From: a virus
Length of the DNA: 64,000 bases
IMG/VR virus record: IMGVR_UViG_3300031950_000001
Coordinates: 32,001 to 96,000 of that record
Strand: one strand, 5' to 3'
Positions 7,286 to 15,051 of this stretch are shown here, piece after piece (positions within the stretch are counted from its first letter, which is position 1; every line of letters begins with the position of its first letter). Below the pieces are notes generated by a model, which ran no database searches, was not told the origin of the DNA, and worked only from the letters and a program-made list of their open reading frames with translations. Both the position numbers and the translations under genes were made by a program.

Positions 7286-9089
7286 TACCCTGCCGTCGGA
7301 TATTAAGCTTCCTGACGAAATCACAAAGAAGACGATCAATAGTTTCTATGGGGAGCTTGCTCGCAAATACCCCGATCGCTACGGCGAAATTACGAAAAAG
7401 TTAAATCAAATTGCCGTTCAGGCCCTTTATTCCAATGACGGCGCCTCGTTTAGCCTAGATGATCTTCGACCTCTTCCTTCTTCTTACTCTTATAGACCGG
7501 TTATTCTAAAAGAGATCGAGCAGATCGCGTCCAGCAAATTGCCGGATCGCGAAAAGCGCAAAAAAATCGCCGACGCCATTCTTCGTCATTCGCAAAATCT
7601 CCTTCAACTCACGCAAGACGAGGCCAAAGCCGCGAATAATCGATTCTACGAATATGTCTATTCCGGCGCTCGCGGTAATCCCGCCCAGCTTAAGCGGCTT
7701 ATTACGGGGGATACGGCCTACTTTGACCCCTCTGGAGAGGTAGTACCCTTCCCCGTTTTATCTGCGTATTCGGCAGGAGTACCTCCCGCAGAGTTTTGGG
7801 CTGCCTGCTATGGCGCCAGGAAGGGGCTAGCGGATACAAAGCTGGATGTAGCCAGAAGCGGTTATCTTGCCAAGCTTCTCAACCGTGCTACCCATCGGCT
7901 TGTTGTTATCGGCCACGACGCCAAAACAAAAACTCCTTATCCCATTGGTCTTCCTGTAGAGACTCAAGACCCTGATAATATCGGCGCATTTCTCGCACTT
8001 CCGGCAGGAAGATGGCCTGCCGGTACGGAGATAACACCGGCCGTTTATGAAGATCTAAAACGAGACGGTATCAAAAAGATCGTCGTTCGGAGTCCCATTG
8101 CCAGCCCTGCTGTTGATGGAATCTATGCCGTCGATGCCGGAATCCGCGAACATGGTCGTCTCCCCGAAATCGGTAGCATTCCTGGCATGGCGGCGGCCCA
8201 AGCAATCGGCGAACGACTAGCACAGACGTCCTTGAGCTCGAAGCATCTGGGAGGCGTTGTGAAGTTTAGCGGCTTTAGAGTGCTAGAACAGATGCTTAAT
8301 GTTCCGAAATTCTACGTTGGCGGCGCCATTCATAGCCAGGTCGACGGAAAAGTTCGATCTATAGACAAAAATGAAATTGGTCAATGGCGAATTGTAATCG
8401 GAGAACAAGAACATCTAGCACCTCCGTCCCATAAACCCATCGTCAAAGAGGGCGACGTTGTCGAAGCCGGAGACATACTAACGGAGGGTTTGCCCAACCC
8501 GGCAGAGGTAGTAAAGCACAAAGGGGTTGGCGAAGGACGTAGGGCATTTGTTAAAATGTTTTATGAGGCGATGCGTGACGCTGGTCAGCCGGTCCATCGT
8601 CGTAATGTCGAGCTTTTAGCCCGAGGTCTTATCGATCACGTTATTATAACCCAGCCGTTTGGGGGGTTCTATCTCGATGAAATCGTACCCTATGGCGAGG
8701 TTGCTAAGCGATGGACCCCCCGAAAGGGTAGTGTTCGAGTTCCTGTCGACAGCGCGTTAGGCTACTATCTTGAAGTACCCGTTCTTCACTACACGATAGG
8801 GACAAAGATAAAGCCTTCGGTTATCAAAGAGCTTAAAGAGGCGGGAATCAAAGATATTATCGTTCATAGCGATCCGCCTCCGTTTGAGTCATATATGGTT
8901 CGTGCAGCATCTTCGCTTGAGTTTGATCCCAACTGGATGACACGGTTGTTCGGCTCGAACCAAATTCGGGCCTTATTAAGCGCCGTCCGTCAAGGCGCTA
9001 CAGGTGAAATCTACGGTACTAGCTTTGTTCCTGCAAAAGCAATCGGGATTCCGTTGGGGCAGTGGATACGTGGAGTTGTAAATCGCTAA
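7239..9089 (+). CDS. Phage multisubunit RNA polymerase, beta'-like C-terminal half (split rpoC homolog)
   Basis: Has SGARGN, a bridge-helix-like GARKGLADT..SGYL, a trigger-loop-like AAQAIGERLAQ..SKH, sandwich-barrel VKEGDVVEAGDILTEG, and HRRNVELLAR. No NADFDGD catalytic motif. Confidence 0.9.
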   Translation: MPTMQETTIGQLLISSTLPSDIKLPDEITKKTINSFYGELARKYPDRYGEITKKLNQIAVQALYSNDGASFSLDDLRPLPSSYSYRPVILKEIEQIASSKLPDREKRKKIADAILRHSQNLLQLTQDEAKAANNRFYEYVYSGARGNPAQLKRLITGDTAYFDPSGEVVPFPVLSAYSAGVPPAEFWAACYGARKGLADTKLDVARSGYLAKLLNRATHRLVVIGHDAKTKTPYPIGLPVETQDPDNIGAFLALPAGRWPAGTEITPAVYEDLKRDGIKKIVVRSPIASPAVDGIYAVDAGIREHGRLPEIGSIPGMAAAQAIGERLAQTSLSSKHLGGVVKFSGFRVLEQMLNVPKFYVGGAIHSQVDGKVRSIDKNEIGQWRIVIGEQEHLAPPSHKPIVKEGDVVEAGDILTEGLPNPAEVVKHKGVGEGRRAFVKMFYEAMRDAGQPVHRRNVELLARGLIDHVIITQPFGGFYLDEIVPYGEVAKRWTPRKGSVRVPVDSALGYYLEVPVLHYTIGTKIKPSVIKELKEAGIKDIIVHSDPPPFESYMVRAASSLEFDPNWMTRLFGSNQIRALLSAVRQGATGEIYGTSFVPAKAIGIPLGQWIRGVVNR

Positions 9090-9117
9090 AAAATTTGATT
9101 CCGGAATCAAATTTTTT
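9088..9117. repeat. Dispersed palindrome, extended to a 30-bp perfect palindrome
   Basis: AAAAAATTTGATTCCGGAATCAAATTTTTT, overlapping the RNAP stop codon. Confidence 0.95.
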
Positions 9118-9130
9118 CGAGATTTGAGCC

Positions 9131-9985
9131 GTGAATATCAGAAAACTCGACCTTGGGCGATCGAATCGCGCGCTAAACGCCGTGGAAGCCAGGATTCGTT
9201 GCCTTATTAAGACCGCCCAAACATCGGAAGAAAAAGATACGCCTTGGATGAAGCTACTGAACTATCTGCAAAGTAAGCCAATACTGGTACCATTTTTGCG
9301 AATGAAGCTTAACAGTCTTGACATGGAACAAAATGAACGTCAAAAGCTTCTGGATTCTATTGCCAAATATGGACTGTTTAAAGTTGTAGACGAGGAGGTT
9401 CTCAACAGTATGGTTGACGCTCTATACAAGAATAATCAGTTAAAAGATAAATTCGTGAAGGCCGTGCGGGCCAGCGATAGTCTGCCCGAAGGTGCGAAAA
9501 CCGCGTTGTTAGATGCGCTTGAATGGCGCCTGAACCAAATGCGTCAGCAACAAAATCGAACGCAGCCCGCGCAACAAGATATGTTGCAACCTGGTCCGTC
9601 ACAGCCACAGCCAGCGCAAGATGTCGAGAAGCGTCTTCAGTTGATGATGCGTGGTTTCGATACGGATTTCTATTACGATCCCGTCGGATCGTGTTACTGG
9701 CTACGCTATCGTAATGGGCTGTGGATCGGGTTTGTGCCTGCGGTTCCAGATAGCTCAAGACGTCTTACGGTCGTAGAGGATTCGAAACATGTAACTACCT
9801 ATCGCGACAACGCTACAGGCCATCATTGGGTACAACTTCCGAACGACCAATGGTACATAGTTAGTATCCCAATGCGGCAACCTAGCTATACTCAGTTTGA
9901 TCCGCAAAAAGCTTTGGGGCCACTGCCAGGAGCTAAGTCGACTCAACCAAACATCCAACAGCCTGTCCTTACGCAGCCAAAATAA
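9131..9985 (+). CDS. Leader-family B protein
   Basis: Starts MNIRKLDLGRSNRALNAVEARIRCLIKTAQ. Has Gln/Pro-rich linkers. Confidence 0.8.
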   Translation: MNIRKLDLGRSNRALNAVEARIRCLIKTAQTSEEKDTPWMKLLNYLQSKPILVPFLRMKLNSLDMEQNERQKLLDSIAKYGLFKVVDEEVLNSMVDALYKNNQLKDKFVKAVRASDSLPEGAKTALLDALEWRLNQMRQQQNRTQPAQQDMLQPGPSQPQPAQDVEKRLQLMMRGFDTDFYYDPVGSCYWLRYRNGLWIGFVPAVPDSSRRLTVVEDSKHVTTYRDNATGHHWVQLPNDQWYIVSIPMRQPSYTQFDPQKALGPLPGAKSTQPNIQQPVLTQPK

Positions 9986-10052
9986 ACACAAAACCGTCGA
10001 GAAACGTAACGCACGTAACGTCGGGTCGCATTTGATTAAGGAAATTGAAAAA

Positions 10053-10070
10053 TTTGATTCCGGAATCAAA
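10053..10070. repeat. Dispersed palindrome TTTGATTCCGGAATCAAA
   Basis: Exact copy. Confidence 0.95.
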
Positions 10071-10088
10071 ATTTTGAGGTCGCTGTCG

Positions 10089-11021
10089 ATGAACGTCCGA
10101 AAGCACTATTTAGGTCGATCGAATCGTAACTTAAACGCACTCGAAGCCAGGATTCGTCTTCTTATTAAGAGGGCCCAACGGTTTGATCTAGACGAAATGC
10201 GGAACACTTTAGTGACACGTCTGGCACAGCAACGTTGGAGAATAACTGACTTCCTCCGTAATCTTGTGGCAAACGACGCAATCAGCAAGGAGGATGCTCA
10301 AAGACTTTTGAACTATCTTACGAATACATATAGATTTTATGGTACTGACCTTGTAAATCGCAAGGTTATTGATGTCATAATGGATTTCATGCAAAGACAA
10401 TCGCCCGAGAGCCAAAGGGCGTTTATCGCCGGTCTGGAGAAGTTGATGTCCAATTTAATTGGCATGCCGCCAAATGAGCAAGAGAACGTGTTAGATATGG
10501 TTCGTCAAGGCATATCGCCCAGCCAGCCGGATCAACAAAGCCTGCTGGATCGACAGGATCAGCCGCAGATCGGGGAGCCTCTCACCATGATTCCGCTTGG
10601 TCAGAATCGATGGCTCTTCCTAAGCAAAAACAGAGCCGATGCGGCTTGGATGGGAGGTCCGAACAAATACTTGACCCCAGTCGATCACCAATATGTGGTT
10701 GAGCTGTTGAAACAACAGCCAAACCTAAGGAAACAAGCCAAGAATGTTATTTTTGAGTATCGTTCGCCATATCACCCTGTATACTTCGTTCGCGAGCAAG
10801 CTACTGGAAAGTCGTTTTCGATACCTTCGGAGGAACAAATTCGCCAATACCTTCCTGGCTACACGCCTCAACAGCCGACTCAGCAAAATATGCAGCCGTT
10901 TGCCCCTAGACCAACTCAGCAAAATACGTCGCCGTTTGCCCCTGAGACGATGCAACCACCTATTCCTGGACGGACTCAACAACGGCCAAATGCTGGAAAA
11001 CGTGGCGCTCCGTCTTATTAG
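10089..11021 (+). CDS. Leader-family B protein
   Basis: Start reassigned to ATG 10089 (GAGG RBS) by homology: MNVRKHYLGRSNRNLNALEARIRLLIKRAQ. Confidence 0.8.
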   Translation: MNVRKHYLGRSNRNLNALEARIRLLIKRAQRFDLDEMRNTLVTRLAQQRWRITDFLRNLVANDAISKEDAQRLLNYLTNTYRFYGTDLVNRKVIDVIMDFMQRQSPESQRAFIAGLEKLMSNLIGMPPNEQENVLDMVRQGISPSQPDQQSLLDRQDQPQIGEPLTMIPLGQNRWLFLSKNRADAAWMGGPNKYLTPVDHQYVVELLKQQPNLRKQAKNVIFEYRSPYHPVYFVREQATGKSFSIPSEEQIRQYLPGYTPQQPTQQNMQPFAPRPTQQNTSPFAPETMQPPIPGRTQQRPNAGKRGAPSY

Positions 11022-11052
11022 TCACAAAACGATAGTTGAAAAACGAGATTTT

Positions 11053-11070
11053 TTTGATTCCGTAATCAAA
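11053..11070. repeat. Dispersed palindrome, one mismatch (TTTGATTCCGTAATCAAA)
   Basis: 17 of 18 bases match. Same position upstream of a family B gene as the other copies. Confidence 0.9.
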
Positions 11071-11087
11071 TCTTGAGGGCTCGACCA

Positions 11088-13376
11088 ATGAACGTCAGAA
11101 ACCTCTATTTCGATCGATTAAATCGTAAATTAAACGCAATCGAGGACAGTATTCGTCTTGTAAAGAGGGCGCAAGGAGCTGACCAGAAGGACCCATGGAA
11201 AATTTTGGATAGCTATCTAAAGGCGCATGAGATGAAGGTAAGGGACCTGCTCGATAAGGTCCAGCAGAAATACGGGCAAACCGGCGCGACAATGCTTCAG
11301 CGATTTCTTGAAAATAACGGGATCAAGCCCGACACTTCCTTATCTTCGGATCTTACGCAGAAAATTCTTAACCTTATACGATCGAAACAAGAGTACAAAT
11401 TCGCTCTTGACGCCGTGCCTGCTATAGTGGATGCGTTGTTGAAGGACATGCCGAAAAATGAACGAAAGATCGTGACAAATGCGGTTAAAGCGCATATATC
11501 CGCTCCGCAGACCAGACAGCCAGCTCAACAGCCAGCTCAACAGAACGCCGCACAGCCAAGTCCGCAGGCTCAACAAACGCAAAAGGCTAGGGAGCGCCTT
11601 GTTCCAGTTCAGCTTTCGCCGGACGGAAAGGGCGGCGTCTATCACGACCCAGAAACGGGCTATTATTGGGCACTTTTTCCAGATGAAAGAAAGGTCTGGG
11701 TCTCCCCAGACGAAATGGCGAAGACGATAAACGCTAGGGAAATGAGCAAAAATCGACCTTGGTTCCAGCAGATTATGTCAAATCCGCACTATACGGATAG
11801 GAGCAAAGTCCTCGAAGATCAAGGAATGACAGAGGACGCAGAGCGAATGTTCAAGTTTCATCTCCAACAATTTGCGCCCAGGAGCTTTGATCCGAATCGG
11901 ACGGCGCTACTACGCGCCCGAGCGGCGGAGTTTGCAGAGGTTCGCGACGGTAAAAAGGTTATAACAGGCAATAGCGTAAAAGCCGCAATAGTGGCAGATT
12001 ACCTAATACAGCGTGGTAGGGGTTTGGCACATGAAGACGAGGTGTTTAGAAATCCTGCTACAGCGGGCTGGCCGACCAATATGCCGCCGCGTACGAAAGA
12101 ACAACAGGCGAAGCGCATAGCCGAATCGGTTACGAGCTCGGTAGAGCGCTTTGAAGATATTCGAAATACGCTTCTTGGTCTGTCACCTGAACTTCGCCTA
12201 CGGGTTTGGAGTTCGCTTCCGAAGGAGACTCGACAGCAACTGCTAAAAGCGTATAGAGACTTGGATTATAAAACATTTGGCCGCGGTTACATCGAGGAAA
12301 GATGGAAGAGAATAAAATCGGATATAGTGAAATGGGGGATTATACCAGTCCCGCCCGAGCAGAAACCGCCAGAAGGGCCCCCGCCCGAGCAGAAGCAGCC
12401 TCCAGCGCCCCCGCCGAATCCGTTCGACGAGCCCCAGCCAGAGCAGAAGCAGCCTCCAGTACCTCCGCCAGAGCAGAAGCAGCCTCCAGTGCCTCCGCCG
12501 ACGCCCGAGCAGAAACCGCCAGAAGGGCCCCCGCCCGAGCGGAAGCAGCCTCCAGCGCCTCCGCCACCTGCTGACCAATCGTATGCCCTAACGTATCCCT
12601 TTGCGCCTCGCGAGCCAGGCACAATTGGATCAGTTGGTGAACAGATTACTGTACCGCCGTCGCTCTTATCGGGGTGGCCAGAGTCGAACAAGCCTGCCTT
12701 TCCGAATTATCCGTATAGAGTAGTAGAATCGAATCCCACTGAAGGGCTTGGTCTGCCTAACGCCTTAACGCAGCCGCAAAAACCCTTATCACAGATATTT
12801 GAGTCTACACTCGGTCCTTTGCCGCCCCCGTCGAACAAGCCTACCGTTCCGAATTACCCGTATCGAGTCGTAGAATCGAATCCCACTGAAGGGCTTGGTC
12901 TGCCTAACGCCTTAACGCAGCCGCAAAAACCCTTATCACAGATATTTGAGTCTACACTCGGTCCTTTGCCGTCTGAGTCGAAGAAGACGCCTGCACCAAC
13001 GTATCCCTTTGCATCTCAAACACCGGGCACAATTGGATCAGTTGGGGAACAGATTACTGTGCCGCCGTCGCTCTTATCGGGGCGGCCTGCGTCGAATGCC
13101 AGCCTATCTGGTCTGCCTGCTGCTGGGCAATCGTCCGCACCAACGTATCCCTTTGCATCTCAAACACCGGGCACAATTGGATCAGTTGGGGAACAGATTA
13201 CTGTGCCGCCGTCGCTCGTATCGGGGTGGCCAGAGTCGAATGCCAGCCCGTTTGGTTCGCCTGCTGCTGGTCGGCCATCCATACCGACGTATCCATATTC
13301 GCCTCTAGAATCGAGTCCACCAGGAACGATTGGTCGACCGAGCGTTATACCACCTGCGCTACCGCTAATTTATTGA
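11088..13376 (+). CDS. Leader-family B protein with long Pro-rich repeat tail
   Basis: Starts MNVRNLYFDRLNRKLNAIEDSIRLVKRAQ. Has PEQKQPP repeats and approximately 47-49-aa tandem repeats. Confidence 0.85.
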   Translation: MNVRNLYFDRLNRKLNAIEDSIRLVKRAQGADQKDPWKILDSYLKAHEMKVRDLLDKVQQKYGQTGATMLQRFLENNGIKPDTSLSSDLTQKILNLIRSKQEYKFALDAVPAIVDALLKDMPKNERKIVTNAVKAHISAPQTRQPAQQPAQQNAAQPSPQAQQTQKARERLVPVQLSPDGKGGVYHDPETGYYWALFPDERKVWVSPDEMAKTINAREMSKNRPWFQQIMSNPHYTDRSKVLEDQGMTEDAERMFKFHLQQFAPRSFDPNRTALLRARAAEFAEVRDGKKVITGNSVKAAIVADYLIQRGRGLAHEDEVFRNPATAGWPTNMPPRTKEQQAKRIAESVTSSVERFEDIRNTLLGLSPELRLRVWSSLPKETRQQLLKAYRDLDYKTFGRGYIEERWKRIKSDIVKWGIIPVPPEQKPPEGPPPEQKQPPAPPPNPFDEPQPEQKQPPVPPPEQKQPPVPPPTPEQKPPEGPPPERKQPPAPPPPADQSYALTYPFAPREPGTIGSVGEQITVPPSLLSGWPESNKPAFPNYPYRVVESNPTEGLGLPNALTQPQKPLSQIFESTLGPLPPPSNKPTVPNYPYRVVESNPTEGLGLPNALTQPQKPLSQIFESTLGPLPSESKKTPAPTYPFASQTPGTIGSVGEQITVPPSLLSGRPASNASLSGLPAAGQSSAPTYPFASQTPGTIGSVGEQITVPPSLVSGWPESNASPFGSPAAGRPSIPTYPYSPLESSPPGTIGRPSVIPPALPLIY
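12349..13250 (+). repeat. Intragenic tandem repeats
   Basis: CCCGAGCAGAAGCAGCC units, a 147-bp duplication near 12683/12830, a 141-bp duplication near 12995/13136, and three copies of PGTIGSVGEQITVPPSL. Confidence 0.85.
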
Positions 13377-13416
13377 GTGGGCCGTCACGCACCTGTTTCT
13401 ATGAGGAGGTAGAGCG

Positions 13417-13746
13417 TTGGCTTTTCTAACTTTTTCTTCGGCAAATGACGAATATTTGATTGTTTTCTGGAAAGATGAGTCGACACCTCTATTGGTGTTT
13501 GAAATCGCCTCCGGCAGCGGGATGGTGGCCAAATGCGTTCCCAATTCGGAACCAAACTCATTTGTGATGGATATTATCGGAGGAATAAAGCGAAATAGTC
13601 CGAAATCGATACGCGTAGATATCGATAATGACAACATGAAGTATTATGGTCCTTTGCTGGACGAGTTCATAGAGGAACTGACTGGCGGTGAAATCAAGGC
13701 CGATTCGACAAGCAAAGGTACCAATACTCAGTCCTCTGCTAGTTAA
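13417..13746 (+). CDS. Hypothetical protein (paralog of 13783)
   Basis: GAGGAGG RBS. Shares KD..TPL..FE, GGIK.NS...IRV.ID and GP..DE.IE.LTG with the next gene. Confidence 0.75.
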   Translation: MAFLTFSSANDEYLIVFWKDESTPLLVFEIASGSGMVAKCVPNSEPNSFVMDIIGGIKRNSPKSIRVDIDNDNMKYYGPLLDEFIEELTGGEIKADSTSKGTNTQSSAS

Positions 13747-13782
13747 ACGTGAACGGTTTCCGGTGTCTGTTTCTTTAAGGAG

Positions 13783-14139
13783 TTGGTCGTGCTCTTTATC
13801 GACATTTATTCGGAAAAAGACGGGTTTGTCGTTATTATTCGGAAAGATAAGTTGACCCCTCTAGTGGCGTTTGAAACTGACGGCACTAGCTTTGTTGTGC
13901 ACAAGTACGTTTGGGGTCCCGGAAGAAAAAAGATTGAGTTTACGCCGAACGCTTTAGGCGGAATCAAGCTAAATAGCTCACAGGCCATACGAGTCGAGAT
14001 CGATGACGCGAACGTGGTATATATTGGCCCTACTATGGACGAACTCATTGAGGCCCTAACCGGTGTCAAAATTCGACCGAAAGAATCCCAAAATGGAGCT
14101 GATTCTGAAACTTGCAAAGATCGGCGAGCAGATTCATAA
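13783..14139 (+). CDS. Hypothetical protein (paralog of 13417)
   Basis: AAGGAG RBS and clear paralogy to 13417. Confidence 0.75.
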   Translation: MVVLFIDIYSEKDGFVVIIRKDKLTPLVAFETDGTSFVVHKYVWGPGRKKIEFTPNALGGIKLNSSQAIRVEIDDANVVYIGPTMDELIEALTGVKIRPKESQNGADSETCKDRRADS

Positions 14140-14323
14140 CGGCAATTCGACGCCGGAAGGTATCGAAGAGTTTTTGGCGCTTTCGGAGGAACGTCTTAAA
14201 GAGCTCCACAAGCAAGTTGCCGAGTTCTATCAGTCTGGAAATCTTGAAGACTGGAAAACCTATTATTTTGCGCGACTTTGTCTTCAATCGATCTTCCGGC
14301 GTCGTTCAGGCCGTCATCCTTAA
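14093..14323 (+). CDS. Small hypothetical helical protein
   Basis: Protein-like ORF overlapping the end of the upstream gene. Start uncertain. Confidence 0.45.
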   Translation: MELILKLAKIGEQIHNGNSTPEGIEEFLALSEERLKELHKQVAEFYQSGNLEDWKTYYFARLCLQSIFRRRSGRHP

Positions 14324-14340
14324 CGCGCCGTTCCACCGTC

Positions 14341-14428
14341 AAAATTTTTGATTCCGGAATCAAAAATTTTTGGTTTATCCCCCTATATAGGGGGTTATCG
14401 CTAAAAATTTGATTCCGGAATCAAATTT
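14341..14428. repeat. Two dispersed palindromes (cores 14347-14364 and 14408-14425) flanking CCCCCTATATAGGGGG (14379-14394)
   Basis: Three palindromes within 90 bp. The first extends to 30 bp perfect. Confidence 0.92.
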
Positions 14429-14491
14429 CGCGAACCTGTTCGATACAAAAGACGTCGTTATCATGCATCAAAGGACTCGGATTTCCCGGAT

Positions 14492-14523
14492 CTGCCGCGG
14501 TTTCGGCAGGTTTGGTAAACCAG
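14492..14523 (+). mobile_element. Isolated IS607 right-end remnant
   Basis: CTGCCGCGGTTTCGGCAGGTTTGGTAAACCAG matches the element terminus, with the hairpin retained. Confidence 0.8.
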
Positions 14524-14566
14524 TACTTCATGTGGTACAATAACTTGGAGAGAGGAGGGCTGCAAA

Positions 14567-15049
14567 ATGGGCGATATTATTAAAGATTTGAAGCAGGCTT
14601 TTATGACCTTTATGGAAATCATGCGTCTAATGGCTGGCTATTTTTTAGCAATGATCTGCAGCCTCCTGCAAACCATTTTTGGCTATCCAAGTCCCGACTC
14701 TCGCCTGAGCTACAACGCATTTTTGCGGAGATATGGAACCGATCCGACACTTTCCGATATTGCCGATATGCTCCTTGCGGGTCTTAGAACGGTGGTTTTA
14801 GCCTTTCTGGCGTTCGTATCCTGGATTGCCTTGACCCTTTTTCATATCTACGCGAATATTCGAGATGCCATTTTAGCGCTACTAAAGCGAAAAACCTATA
14901 AAGCCGAACGGACCGGCGGGGTTATTGTTAATGTAATTGTGAACGTCGTCATTTCGGTAGGTATTATCGTTCTCGGGCTGTTGGGGACATTACTGTACTT
15001 GCTCGTTCGTCTGATCTCCGAGCTCCTCAAAAAGATACGGAAACAGTAA
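14567..15049 (+). CDS. Membrane protein (2-3 TM helices)
   Basis: AGGAGG RBS, extended -10 TGGTACAAT upstream, hydrophobic segments and a basic C-terminus. Confidence 0.75.
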   Translation: MGDIIKDLKQAFMTFMEIMRLMAGYFLAMICSLLQTIFGYPSPDSRLSYNAFLRRYGTDPTLSDIADMLLAGLRTVVLAFLAFVSWIALTLFHIYANIRDAILALLKRKTYKAERTGGVIVNVIVNVVISVGIIVLGLLGTLLYLLVRLISELLKKIRKQ

Positions 15050-15051
15050 AC

